From NCBI GenBank assembly GCA_963777615.1, contig CAVZSD010000031.1, positions 7,181-71,180 on the forward strand: a stretch of 64,000 nucleotides of DNA, in the 5' to 3' direction. The notes beneath the pieces were generated by a model. That model was not told the origin of the DNA. It searched no databases and saw nothing but the letters and a program-made list of their open reading frames with translations. Positions 49,894-61,982 of this stretch are shown piece by piece (positions within the stretch are counted from its first letter, which is position 1; each line of letters begins with the position of its first letter). A program made the position numbers and the translations under genes. The DNA is from an uncultured Bacteroidota bacterium. GTDB taxonomy: Bacteria > Bacteroidota > Ignavibacteria > Ignavibacteriales > Ignavibacteriaceae.

Positions 49894-50817
49894 TCAATTG
49901 GTTCTTTCCGCCAGCCTATTTAAGATATCCATAGAATCCTTATCGAGATTTAGATCCGCCACAGCGACGTTTTCAGCCAGGTGTTCAAGGCTCGAAGTAC
50001 CGGGGATCAGTAGAATATTGGGAGAGTGAGCAAGCAGCCATGCCAATCCCACTTGAGCCGGTGTCGCCCCCAATTTCGAAGCTATCTTAATTACTTCCGA
50101 AGCTTCGGTTACCTTTGGTATGCCAGGGAAAGCCGAGCCGAGCGGAAAAAATGGTACCCATGAAATATCATTATCTATACATAGATTAAGAAGCAGTTCG
50201 GCGGAGCGGCCAAGAATACTATAAGCATTCTGCACACACACAATGCCGGCCGGCAAGGCTTCGCGAAGCTGCTCAAGCGAAACGTTGCTAAGCCCAATAC
50301 CGCCGATCTTGCCTTCGTCACGAAGCCTAACCATTTCCGCTAATTGGTCGTCCAGGCTTGCTAGAAGTTCAGCTGGAACAGGTGTACCGTTGTTAAATTT
50401 ATCCATTACGCGGAGATTGACCACATCGATCTGTTCAACAGCAAGGCTGTGAAGATTGGCTTCAACACCTGAACGAAGCTGTTCGGGACGTTGAGCGGGA
50501 ATCCAGCCGCCGTGTTCATCTCGAGCACCACCAACCTTACTTACAATTACCAGATCTTTTGGATAAGGATATAAAGCGGCGTGAATCAATTCGTTTGAAA
50601 CACCATCTCCATAGAATTGAGCCGTATCAATATGATTTATACCCAATTCTATAGCACAACGCAACACGCTTAGTGCTGTATTTCTATCTCGTGGAGGCCC
50701 CCAAACACCCGGTCCGGGAAGTTGCATAGCGCCATATCCGATGCGGGCTACCTTATTTCCGGCCAATACTGCCATGCCGCCGGGTTTATTGTGTTTTGTA
50801 TTTAATTTGTTATTCAT
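49894..50817 (-). CDS. Aldo/keto reductase; GC-rich relative to its surroundings
   Basis: ..IGYGAMQL..GINHIDTAQFYG..GLSNVSLEQL..VQNAYS.. A sampled 60-nt stretch (50221-50280) is 57% GC. Confidence 0.85.
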   Translation of the reverse strand: MNNKLNTKHNKPGGMAVLAGNKVARIGYGAMQLPGPGVWGPPRDRNTALSVLRCAIELGINHIDTAQFYGDGVSNELIHAALYPYPKDLVIVSKVGGARDEHGGWIPAQRPEQLRSGVEANLHSLAVEQIDVVNLRVMDKFNNGTPVPAELLASLDDQLAEMVRLRDEGKIGGIGLSNVSLEQLREALPAGIVCVQNAYSILGRSAELLLNLCIDNDISWVPFFPLGSAFPGIPKVTEASEVIKIASKLGATPAQVGLAWLLAHSPNILLIPGTSSLEHLAENVAVADLNLDKDSMDILNRLAERTN

Positions 50818-50852
50818 CTCTTTAACCTCTTTCTAAATTCTATATTAAGTTT

Positions 50853-51221
50853 TTAATTACTTTGATAAACGCGAGCAAATTCCTTTGCAAAATCCTTCAT
50901 CTTTACTTTACCCAAAGTTGGTTTATTACGGTAATAATTGTTTGCTGTATTTTGAGTGAATGCCATAATATCAAAATTAGGATTAAAAAAAAGTCCGCCC
51001 GGAGGAATCATGCAATAAGCTGCATCTGCGCCGGTAAAAGTTGTAGTAAGAAAATTAACATCTACAATTGTGCCGATGGCTGCGCCAGCATCTAGTGCTT
51101 CGATTTCTTTTTGTCGTTCAGCATTACTGCTTATAACCGTAACTGAATATCCTTTTTGCACCAACTCTTCAGTTAAGGGTTTACTGATATGCCCTGACGA
51201 ACCTGTTACTACAATTTTCAT
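50853..51221 (-). CDS. NAD(P)H-binding (NmrA-like) protein, abnormally short (probable internal deletion)
   Basis: MKIVVTGSSGHISKPLTEELVQKGYSVTVISSN.. Only about 122 aa, versus the usual 210-290. Confidence 0.55.
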   Translation of the reverse strand: MKIVVTGSSGHISKPLTEELVQKGYSVTVISSNAERQKEIEALDAGAAIGTIVDVNFLTTTFTGADAAYCMIPPGGLFFNPNFDIMAFTQNTANNYYRNKPTLGKVKMKDFAKEFARVYQSN

Positions 51222-51386
51222 AAGTATCTCCTTTTTCTTTACTGTTTTCAAATCTTACAGCACAAAGGTATAACCTCCATGATTTGATTTCGTAGCCTAA
51301 TCTATGATTGTTGTAGTCATTTCTTAGTTAATGAATGGGGAGTATAAGTTGAAAGGATTATTGAATTAATAATTGGAAAAACTCTT

Positions 51387-51953
51387 TTATTTATTTGCCA
51401 ATATTCCATAATGATATGGCGGCAGGTTCACATTATATTTAATTATTGAGAAGTCACTTTTAAGCAGCAGATTTTTTAAATCTCCAGGCTTTGGCCTTAT
51501 TGACATGCTTGGGCCCCTCGGTGTACTTGAGTCATAGTTCCAATGAATAACGCCAACTTTACCTCCCTTTTTTAATATTCTAAAAGTTTCATTTAAAATA
51601 TCGGAAGACTCTTCTGCATGCAGAATATTAAAAAGCATTACATAATCAACTTCATTATTTTGCAGCCCGCTTCCTTCAGCAATAAAATCTTTATTGCTTA
51701 TAAATATATTATTGATATTATTTATTTTTAATTTGGATTCAAGTTCTTTGGCTAACTTATCTTCAATATCAAACGCATATATCCGTCCCTTTATTTTTCT
51801 GCTTGCCGGAATTGTGAAAGTGCCATACCCAAAACCAAAATCTACAAGTTTTTCAATTTCTTTATTTACTTCTAATTCATCAAATATTTTTTCAACATCA
51901 AAAAACTGTTCCCACATTTTTTCATCTGGCATTCCGCTTTCTCTAGCTTTCAT
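51387..51953 (-). CDS. Class I SAM-dependent methyltransferase
   Basis: ..LVDFGFGYGTFTI..IYAFDIEDKL..FRILKKGGKVGVIHW.. Confidence 0.75.
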   Translation of the reverse strand: MKARESGMPDEKMWEQFFDVEKIFDELEVNKEIEKLVDFGFGYGTFTIPASRKIKGRIYAFDIEDKLAKELESKLKINNINNIFISNKDFIAEGSGLQNNEVDYVMLFNILHAEESSDILNETFRILKKGGKVGVIHWNYDSSTPRGPSMSIRPKPGDLKNLLLKSDFSIIKYNVNLPPYHYGILANK

Positions 51954-52053
51954 TTATTCATACACCTTTAAGAGTTAGCAAAGAGTATATACATATTAAA
52001 GTTAGTTCTCCAAATGTAAAAAAAACAATTTGAATTATGGATGAAGTGTTTAA

Positions 52054-52085
52054 TAAAAACCCCACCTAGACCAAAGTGGGGTTTA
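52054..52085 (-). terminator. Rho-independent terminator downstream of the RRM gene
   Basis: AAAAACCCCAC-CTAGACCAAA-GTGGGGTTT. On the minus strand the stem is followed by TTTTTATT. Confidence 0.6.
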
Positions 52086-52224
52086 TTGTTAGGAGAATTT
52101 ATGAGAGAGAGGGATCAATATAATTTTTATATTTTGAAATTAGCAATAACTACAAGGTTAATTTTAAGTTAAGTTTATTAAAGGATAATAAATTTTCGAA
52201 ATTTGTTTATTCGTTAATCAACAA

Positions 52225-52479
52225 TTAATTTTCATCAGCCAAAAAAGGAGCTGCAATTATTCGTCTTCCTGTTATGCTATAACCGTTTAATTCCATAATG
52301 GCATCATTCGCATCCAGTTCGGAATTCATCACTATATAGCTATATCTACCATTCCACTCGGGGCCGGGATGATTAAATACTTTTATAGAAATAATTTTAT
52401 CACGGTTCCTAAATAAAAATCTCAGTTTATTTGCTTCAATGCCTGAAGGCAAATTGCCTACAAAAATTATGTTATTCAT
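52225..52479 (-). CDS. RNA-binding protein with a single RRM domain
   Basis: RNP2-like IIFVGNL, RNP1-like GRYSYIVM. 84 aa. Confidence 0.7.
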   Translation of the reverse strand: MNNIIFVGNLPSGIEANKLRFLFRNRDKIISIKVFNHPGPEWNGRYSYIVMNSELDANDAIMELNGYSITGRRIIAAPFLADEN

Positions 52480-53853
52480 GTTAATCTTATTTTAATTTGT
52501 TAGTCTGAAGCGAAATTTATATCAACAGTGTTAATACATGATTAAATAAAAGTTAAATATTTGTTAAGAATTGAAATTATTTTATCAAAATATGGAAGGG
52601 CTTGTAGGAGTTTGATTATTAGATTATTTACGGTGGATACACAAAAAGGATTTAAAAAGATAACATCTTTTTAATCTTAAAAATGACATCTCCCGAATTG
52701 CGTAATTTCAGTTGATAATAATTTCATAACTTAAATTTAACTTGCAATTCGTTGCTTAAAATATTTTTTACGATTAAGTTTCGATACAATTTCATTAGCA
52801 CTTCCACAGAGTTCCTAATTAAAATTATTATTAAATGAGCCAGTTCTTCATCTTAAGTATGAGACTACCTTTGAAATAAATGTAGTTATGAACTGGCTCG
52901 CCGATTTATTATAAATTATAAAATTTGTTCATTAATTTCCTTTAGATTTCAATACCATTATATCTACTCCAAATATATTTAATCAAATCAACGGAATTAA
53001 TATTTCTGTTTTTTAGTTAAAATGATTGAAAATAAAATTGTATTTACTAATGCTGATTATGGCGAGGTGTTGTTCATCATTTTGTAATCAAAAATGTAAA
53101 AAATTTTCAAAATTAACATTTATGATAAAAAAATTAATTTGATTCATATTAACAATGATTGTAATTTATGTTTTGATTTTAGAAGGTAAAACCAAAATAT
53201 GAATTCGATTAAACCTTTAATTAAAAGAACTTTAAAAAATAATCGTATAAGAATTTCAGATAACGATGTAGATAATAAAACATTACAGAATTTTAGAGAA
53301 AATGAAAAAATATTCTTTTCTGTCAAACCTAAAAACAGAATTGAATGTATAGAAGAACGATTAAAATATCTTGATAATCTTTATAATCAAAAATCTCTCA
53401 TAATTAAAAAGTTATTTGAGTAAACCAAAACTTGCCTACTGTAATTATACTTTTCAATATTAGAAATCTGCTTAAGAAAACTTATCTCATCTTATTATTT
53501 AACTATTAAAAAAGAATTTAGACTGCATAAAACACTATTTTTTTTAAGTTAGAAATATTTATTTGTACTCTGTCCAACATCCATTTAACAATATTTTCAT
53601 ATTGTCTTAACATTCACTTAACATTTAACTTCTATTTTCGTGAAGAGAATTTTAATTTTTTTCCATGAGGGGATTGGGTAAAAAGTCATTTTGTCTTCAA
53701 TTCAATTTATTCCGTCGGTAATTATCAGAGGGTAAATGTGTCTTAACGGAAAATATTTTTGGAATAAGCGGTCTCCTATTAAATAGGGTTAAATGATAGA
53801 TATAAATTTTCATTTTCTCTCCATCTAATATCATTAAGCTGATAGGAATAATT

Positions 53854-54531
53854 ATGAGAATGTTAATAATCGAAGACGATACAAAAATTTCTGAAGGTAT
53901 TAAAAATGAATTAGTATCTGAAGGTTATGCTGTTGATTTAGCCGAAGATGGACTTCAAGGGGAAAAACTTGCTATAATTAATGATTACGATGTAATAATT
54001 CTTGATATATTATTGCCAAAACAAGATGGCTGGGAAACCTGCTCAAATTTAAGAAAAGAAAAAATTCTTACTCCAATTTTGATGTTAACAGCTCTTGATG
54101 ATGTCTCTGATAAAGTAAAAGGTTTAGATACCGGTGCTGATGATTACTTAGCAAAACCATTCTATTTCAAGGAGCTGCTTGCAAGAATCCGGGCGTTAAT
54201 TAGAAGACGAAGTGAAACTCGTACCACGATGATAGAAATGTTCGATGTTAAATTAAATCTCAATACTCATCTTGCTTTTAGGGAAGGGAAAGAGATTAAA
54301 CTTTCTTCTAAAGAATTCGGATTGCTTGAACTATTTATGATGAATCCCGATATAATATTATCGAGAGAAAAAATATCCGAGCATTTATGGGATATGCATT
54401 TTGATCCTAAAAGTAATGTAATAGAATCATTTGTAAGATTTTTACGACGTAAAATAGATAAAGATTTCAATAGACCGCTTATTCATACTGTTCGCGGTGT
54501 CGGCTATATTTTTTCAAAACGGGAATATTAA
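53854..54531 (+). CDS. OmpR-family response regulator
   Basis: MRMLIIEDD..DVIILDILLPKQDG..MLTAL..GADDYLAKPF..; winged-helix ..IHTVRGVGYIF. Confidence 0.9.
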   Translation: MRMLIIEDDTKISEGIKNELVSEGYAVDLAEDGLQGEKLAIINDYDVIILDILLPKQDGWETCSNLRKEKILTPILMLTALDDVSDKVKGLDTGADDYLAKPFYFKELLARIRALIRRRSETRTTMIEMFDVKLNLNTHLAFREGKEIKLSSKEFGLLELFMMNPDIILSREKISEHLWDMHFDPKSNVIESFVRFLRRKIDKDFNRPLIHTVRGVGYIFSKREY

Positions 54532-55917
54532 TGTTTTCTATAAAAACAAAAATAATATTTGCCTATACGTTGATTTTCAGTGCACTGCTTACATCTTTCG
54601 CTTTAATAATTTACCATAGCTCAAAAGAAGCTATTTTCAATAAGCTTGATGCTAATTTGAAGAGTTACTCTGTTTCTCTACAAACCGAAATTGTAGAGGA
54701 ACTAGGTGAAAATAATAAATTTGATATGAAGGAAATGGCATCAATTCATCCGCAAAACTTATCCGGGGCAAAATATCAGCTGCTTGATTCCAAAGGCAAT
54801 TCACTTCTTTTCGATTCTCTAATCTCACAAAGTTTTAAATTTAGCTCTACAGATTTATCCAATGATACTTCATTCTATATAAACGTAAGTATTAGATTCT
54901 TACCCATATAGAATTTTAATTTCTTCGTTTGAAACAATGGATGATTCACTTTATATATTGGAGACTGCCGCTTCAATACATGAAGCCTATGAGGATTTAA
55001 ACAGATTATTTTATCTATTTGTTCTCCTAATTCCAACGGGATTAATAATAACAGGATTAGCAGCGTATCTAATTTCCAAAGCTGCATTTAAACCTCTAAC
55101 AAGAATAGTAAATTTAGCAGAGCATATTTCAGCTAAAAACCTTGATATGCGGATTGAGCTGCCAAAAACAAAAGACGAGGTTAGAAAATTAGCAGAAACC
55201 TTAAATGAAATGATTGAAAGGCTCGACAATTCTTTTAAAAGCCAAAGGATTTTTATTACTAATGCTTCACATGAAATTAAAACGCCTCTTACAGTTATAC
55301 AAATGAAATTAGAAACCCTAAAAAAAGATTTAAGTAAACCTAATAACATGGAAACTGCGGAAGAAGCAATATACGAGATAGAAAAACTAACTAAACTTAC
55401 AAATTCATTGCTTATCCTTGAAAAATTGGATTCCTCCCAATACAAATTAAATTTAGAGATAGTTAGGTTAGATGAGCTTCTTGCTGAATGTATACAAACA
55501 ATTAACAAATATGCTCAAATAAAAAATCTGAAAATAAATCTATCAATATTTGACTCAATTGAAATAAACGCTGACAATGGAAAAGTTGAGAAGTGTATTT
55601 CTTAATTTCATAGATAATTCAATCAAATATTCTTTCTCAGGTTTGAAATTAATTTTATGCTGCTTGAACCTATCGAAAATAAAGCAAGAGTAATAATAGA
55701 AAATTGCGGGCCCTGGTATTGAAAAAAAGAGATTGAACATGTTTTTAAAAGGTTTTATCGCTCAAATAAAACAAGAGCTAAAATTGGTGGGAATGGCCTT
55801 GGGTTAGCAATTGCAAAAGAAATAGTTGAATTGCATAGAGGGGAAATTAAAGTTGAAAGTGAACCTGGTGAAAAAACCATTTTTAGTGTTTTTCTTCCAA
55901 TCAGTAATTGTAAATAA
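54531..55917 (+). pseudogene. Sensor histidine kinase, at least three frame changes
   Basis: TM + HAMP ..KAAFKPLTRIVNLAEHI.., H-box ..FITNASHEIKTPLT.., then in other frames ..LRSVFLNFIDNSIKYS.., ..IENCGPGIEKKEIEHVFKRFYRS.., ..GGNGLGLAIAKEIVELHRGEIKVES.. Confidence 0.8.
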
Positions 55918-56035
55918 AAAATTCATTATTACAGGTTTCCCACATAGAGCCGCAGAATGGTGACTATGTCAGTAGCAATGCCGCAACAATCCAATATTTA
56001 TAAAAACTATTCCTCATTACTTCAATAAATAACAT

Positions 56036-56205
56036 AAGTTGACCGCCTCTTTGGAATGGGCTAAAGCCCTTAGTGTTTTGGGAGTTTTTCTCTTCCCCGA
56101 CCTAAAGGTCGGGGCTAAATTGCCACGCCTTTTAAGGCGTGGATAAAGAAATAATCTAATATTTAAGGGGATTTTAACCCCATTATCATTAAGCCGGTCA
56201 ATTTT
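56036..56205 (+). repeat. Family-B MITE-like element
   Basis: AAGTTGACCGCC..GGGCTAAAGCCC..CCCCGACCTAAAGGTCGGGG..CCACGCCTTTTAAGGCGTGG..GGGGATTTTAACCCC..GCCGGTCAATTTT. The track ORF 56017..56256 is an artefact of this repeat. Confidence 0.8.
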
Positions 56206-56415
56206 AGTAAATAACATAAAAGATATTTGCGCCTGATATACAGGTTTATTCAACATGAAAATCTTTTCATCTTAAAATAACATATCTCTAATGTTGAGAT
56301 AATAATATGATAACATTGTTTGATTAGTATTGCCATTCAAAATGCTATGCGTATGAACATCATTTATCGTTATTTTTTTTAATTAATCAACGATTATAAT
56401 AACTTCAACTTTATT

Positions 56416-59212
56416 GTGCGGGGAAACATCGTGTCATCATTTAAAATTATTTTTATAGGGCTGATATTTTCATTAAGCTGTTTTATAAGTGCAGGAACAA
56501 TTTCGGGCCATATAACGAACAAAAAAGATAATTCGCCCATACCCGGGGCCGATGTCATTCTGCTTGGAACTTACTTAGGAGCCAGCGCAGACTCACTCGG
56601 ATTCTACATAATTAACAATGTTCCTGGGGGAGATTATAAAATAAAAGCGGCCGCAATTGGATATAAGAATGAAGTTGAAAATGTTACGATTAAAAATTCA
56701 AACAGCAAAATTGAAATGGATTTTTTATTACATGAAGAAGCCGTCACTTTATCTGAAATTGTAATTAAAGCACGCGCCAACCGTGAGCTTGAAACAGCAG
56801 CCAGGGAAACTGAAAGAAATGCAGGGAATGTTGTAAATGTAATTTCAGCTCAAACAATTCAACAATCTACTGACCGTACCGCTGCCGACGCACTTCAAAG
56901 AGTTTCAGGAATGTCTCTTATTAGAGATAACAGTGGAGAAGGGCGTTATGTCGTTATGCGCGGGCTATCGCAGCAATATAACAATACTCTTGTTGACGGA
57001 ATTAAAATTCCCAGCCCGGAGTCAAAAGACCGTTTTGTTCCCATGGATATTTTCCCTTCCGGACTGTTTGGACGAATTGAAGTTGTAAAATCATTAACCC
57101 CTGATATAGCCGGCGATGCAATCGGAGGTTCAACAGACTTAATGCTTAGAGAAGCTCCCGATAAGTTTACTTTTACTTTTAGTGCTGCAACCGGGGTTAG
57201 TTCAGCGCTCTTAAATAACTCTTTTAACTCTTTTGATAAAAGCACTGTTAATCAACTTGACCCGGAGCGCCTACATGGAACAGTAAGTGATTCAGACCCG
57301 ACTACTCAAATTAAAACAAGATACAATCCTTCTCCCTCAGATTTTGCTGTTAACAATTTGAAATTCAATGACAAGGCTGTGCGGCCTGAAGGGCTTTTTT
57401 CGGGACTTGTCGGTGACCGTTTCTTTGATGGAAAAATAGGTTTAATGGCGGCAGGCAGCTACCAAAATACATACAACAGGGTTGAAAGCGATATTTATTC
57501 TGTTGGCTCTAACATTAATAAACTAGATGATGAAGGCCATCTTGTTCCGTATGCATCAACCTTTAATAACCAGATATATAATATAAATAAAATTCGCAGT
57601 GGTACTGTTTTAAAAGCGGATTTCATCGGCAGCCAGGAACATGAATTAACCGCCATGTATATGTATGTTCACCAGGAGGAAGATCAAACCCGCCATGCCC
57701 TTCAAATTAATATTAGCGGTTCACGCGGGTCAAATGATTTAACATATACACACAGATCGGCACTTCGAACTCAGAATATTTCAAGTGTTTCATTAAGCGG
57801 AAATAATTTTAATACTTCGCCTTTTAAATTGCGTTGGACCTTAAATTATACGGATGCTGTACAGGATCGCCCGGATGAAGCGGAATACTCTTTATTACAG
57901 AACTATGATGTAAACGGCAATCTCCAAAATTTTCAGGGATTAGGAAGCATCAATCATTCATGGAGAAAAAATGATGACAACCAATATCTTGGTAAATTAG
58001 ATGCTGTTTTTCATATAACCTCGGATGGGACAAATACTATCCAGGCCAGGTATAGTTGCTCAGAAGCTTAAACGAGCAAATTTTCAGGACGATTATAAAT
58101 TAAACCCTGCAATTGTAAACGGGCGCACGGAGCCTTTTACATCGCTTGATAGTGCACATCTAACAGTATTTGGATACGGCACTACTTCCGGCTCATCTGT
58201 TTACGGATATCAAAACTATAAAGCAAGTGAATTTTTGATTTCATCTTATATTCAATACACTTCGATTATTGGCCAGCTTCAAATACTTGGCGGATTAAGA
58301 TGGGAACAGGCAGAAGATAAATATAATACGATGGCAGCAATATCCGATGCATACCGAGAATCAACTGTTAAAATGGTAAATTTTCTTCCTGGTATTCATT
58401 TTAGATATGAAATTACACCCGAACATATAGCGCGTCTTTCGCTAACTGAAAGCATGAGCAGGCCAAGCTATTTTGATCTTGTTCCGGCAGTTGACCGTTC
58501 AGACGCAAGTCAATCAAAGGGAAATCCAAATCTAAGGCCGGCTACATCAACCAATATTGATTTGAGGTACGAGTTTTATCCCAACCCTGAAGATGTTTTC
58601 TCTATTGGTGTTTATTATAAGAAAATTTTGAATCCTATTGAAAACCAATTTCAATCTGTAGGTATTGTATTATCTACAGCAAAAGGTAATGGTGACCCGT
58701 CAATTGTTGAAGGATTTGAAGCTGTTCTTTCAAAGCGTTTTGGGCATTTGGGAATAACTGCAAATTACAGTTATGTATATTCAAAAGTTATAAGCATAAA
58801 GCAGGTAACAACTGTTGATGCTTTCAGCGGAGATTTAACTCAAACATTTTACCAGCAAACTCACCCGCTTGCATCTCAATCACCGAATATTGCAAATCTT
58901 AAGGTTTGGTATGAAAATAAAGATTGGGGAACAAACGCCAGCTTATCTTATAACTTTACCGGGAAAAGATTAGTCGCAGTCTCCCGTATAGACGGATATG
59001 ATACTTATGAAAGCGGTAAACATGAAGTGGATTTTTCAGCCGATCAGAAATTGATATATAATTTTATCCTAAATATAAGGTTAATTAATTTGTTTAATTC
59101 CCCTATTGAAACTACGGTTGTTTCAGGAGAATTTGTTAAACATGACCCGATTGTCATTTTAAGGGACATTAATAAAATAAGGGGATCAATTGGTGTCAGC
59201 TATAAATTCTAA
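56416..59212 (+). pseudogene. TonB-dependent receptor with N-terminal carboxypeptidase-regulatory-like domain, one frameshift (~58040)
   Basis: ..GTISGHITNKKDNSPIPGADVIL..YKIKAAAIGY.., plug ..VVNVISAQTIQQSTDRTAADALQRVSGM.., C-terminal barrel ending ..GSIGVSYKF. Confidence 0.85.
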
Positions 59213-59402
59213 TTGTCTGCTCTTTGAGTTTGTTGTATAACAAGCATAAATGTTATCTAGGCCTCCCGGCCTTGTAAGCTGGAGTGAGAAAACTTTTATA
59301 TCATCATCAAAAGATTTCTTAACTAGAAATGACAACTTGTAGTTGTACAATGCTCTTTTTAAGCAGGATTATTAAATCTTCAAATCAAATTAAGGAGTCG
59401 CT

Positions 59403-60899
59403 ATGACAAAGTTCTTAACTGTTCTGCTCACATTACTTTTGGCAGGAGCAGGTGTTTCTTATGCTCAACTGCCTGATATACTTTCCGGACCAATAAAAGG
59501 GATAACTTTACCTAATCATACTTACACTGTTCAGGATAGCTTAGTTATAAATGCCGGAGACACTCTTCGGATTAGTGAAGGTGATATACTCTTAATGAAG
59601 AATGATGTTAATACAGGTGCTGCTTGCTGGATTCATATATTAGGTACTTTTATCTGCGAAGGCACATCTACAAATCATATTAAAATAACTTCTGCGGATC
59701 CTAACATGAAAAGCCCTGGTTCATGGGGTGGTATTGTTGGTGACTCTTGTAAATATGTAAGTGTTAAATTTTCCGAAATTACCTGGGCCGGCGGCAATGA
59801 TGCCGGTGGGCATTCTTACCGTACTTTTGATATCTACTCAGATTATGCTAATACTACTACAACTGTTTTTACAGACAACTTGGTTATAGGCGCTGTTGAT
59901 GATTGTATAGGCCTTCATGGTGGAAACGCTAGTGTTCTTCGTAATACTATTAAATGGTGTGGTGCACCGGATGGGGATAATATAAATGTAAAATCCGGAA
60001 CAATCGGAGAAATTGCTTACAATGATATTTGGGCTTCCGGTGGTAATGGGATTAAGGTTAATGCCAGCACTGACCTTCCCCGCATAACAAATATGTGCAT
60101 TCATAACAACACTATTGTTGCAGGTGGATGGCGCAGAGTTGAAGAGCTTGGTTACGGTATCTTGATAGATGCCAGTGGACGTGCAGAAGTTTACAATAAT
60201 ATTATTGGTGATATGTATTCTGAGTTAGAAATAACTATCGAAGCCGATACTTTGAGAACAGTATATGCAAACAATTTGTTTTTCTATTCTGCAGACAGCT
60301 TGATGGGAATGACTCGTTATTACCCTGGAGATGGAGTTGGCAGGCCTGCAGCCGGTGATATTTTTGATGTAAAGGCAAATGATCTGTTTGTAAAATATCA
60401 GCCTTTCTTTAATAATGATTGGACAGTGCTTGATCAAGATAATGATTATCATGTCCTTTCAACTTCTTCTGCAGTAGGTAATGGATTTACACCTCCTGCA
60501 CCAACAGCACAAAATCACTGGGGCAATCCATTTTTTGGCAACGGTTCTCAGACTCTGCCGGGCGATGCAAATATGGGCGCTGTAGCTGTTGAAGGTACAG
60601 ATGCTGTAAAAGACCAAAACTCTTTAGCCCCAAATAAATTTGATTAAGCCAGAATTATCCTAACCCATTTAATCCCACAACAAACATCACATACACTTTG
60701 AAGAAATCCGGCCAAACAAATATTGAAATATATAATATGATCGGGCAATTAGTGATGACTACTAGATGAGGGATTTAGGCAAGCAGGGCAAACATACAAT
60801 GTTAATTTGAATATGGATAAATTTGCCAGCGGTATTTATTTTTATGCTCTTCGTGAAGGCAATAATATCCAAACACGTAAAATGATTTTACTTAAATAA
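59403..60899 (+). pseudogene. Right-handed parallel beta-helix protein with T9SS C-terminal sorting domain; three frame changes in the last 260 nt
   Basis: Signal peptide, then beta-helix-like ..NTIKWCGAPDGDNINV..NDIWASGGNGIKVN..IHNNTIV.. The tail in other frames reads ..QNYPNPFNPTTNITYTLKKSGQTNIEIYNMIGQLVMT / LLDEGFRQAGQTYNVNLNMDKFASGIYFYALREGNNIQTRKMILLK*. Confidence 0.7.
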
Positions 60900-60924
60900 T
60901 TTTTTGTCTCATATATCTTCGCTA

Positions 60925-60962
60925 GATGCAAACTTGAAATGAGTTTGCATCGTAGGTTTTTT
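60925..60962 (+). terminator. Rho-independent terminator
   Basis: GATGCAAACT-TGAAATG-AGTTTGCATC then GTAGGTTTTTTC. Confidence 0.65.
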
Positions 60963-60975
60963 CTATAGAACTCTA

Positions 60976-61964
60976 ATGAAATCAAAACAAATATTATTTT
61001 CTTTTTTTGTTGTTTCTTTAATTATCCTGGTTGGAGCGTTTACGATAAATTCTCAATCAGAGAAAGACAAAACAAATCAACTTCTACCAAAAAATAATCC
61101 TCTCAATTTTCTTGTCATAAGCGATTGGGGCAGAGACGGAATTAATGACACGAATAAAAAGACGCCCGGCCAGCTGAAAGTTGCAAAGCAATTAGGAATT
61201 ACAGCAAAAGAAATTAATACCTCATTTGTTATTACCTGCGGCGATAACTTTCATGGCAAAGGTGTTTCAAATGTTACTGATCCTCTCTGGAAGGTAAATT
61301 TTGAAAATGTTTATACCGACAAAGCATTAATGATTCCATGGTATATTACTCTTGGAAATCATGACAATGAAGGGAATGTTGAGGCTGAGCTTGAGTATGC
61401 AAAAACGAGCATGAGATGGACTGAACCGGCAAGATATTATTCATTCACAAAAAAGCTTTCTGATTCAAGTACGGCTTTGTTTGTTGTATTAGATTCTTCG
61501 CCATTCATTCAAGAATACCAAAACCAAAAAAAAGACGGGCATCATGTTAAAGGCCAGGATACTGCTTTGCAGATTCATTGGTGTGACAGCGTCCTAAGCT
61601 CATCAAATGCGAAATGGAAATTTGTTTTCTTCCATCATCCAGCTTATTCCAGCTTCTTCAAAACATGGCAGCACAAAAGAAATTCAGGATAACTTTTGTT
61701 CCTCTATTTGAAAAATATCATGTAGCCGCTTGTTTCTCAGGTCATGATCATGACTTGCAGCATTCGCTTCCAGCGAATTCAACAGTCAATTATTTTGGGG
61801 TCGGCGGAGGTTCCGATACAAGAACTGCAGGGCATGCAGATTTTACAAAATACAGTGTCTCTTCGCTTGGATTTGGTGTTGTGTCTGTTGATGACAAAAC
61901 TATGAAATTTAATTTTGTAAATGACAAAGGTGAGCAGCTATATTCATACGAAATTCATAAATAA
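60976..61964 (+). pseudogene. Purple acid phosphatase (ACP5-like) metallophosphoesterase, two frame changes (~61650-61690)
   Basis: ..FLVISDWGRDG..ITCGDNFH..TLGNHD..FVFFHHPAYSS / ..FVPLFEKYHVAACFSGHDHDLQH.. Confidence 0.75.
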
Positions 61965-61982
61965 AAATCTTAAGGTAATTCA

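Noticed and set aside
10220-55508. Antisense or overlapping ORFs within larger genes (for example 10220..10513, 10574..10873, 11616..11843, 12435..12722, 14205..14519, 27853..28209, 33340..33588, 43172..43510, 50243..50452, 55011..55508, 56946..57245, 59838..60104)
   Set aside because: These are shadow ORFs on the opposite strand, or in alternative frames, of genes with clear family signatures. Their compositions are atypical (Ser/Ile/Phe-rich) and they have no motifs.
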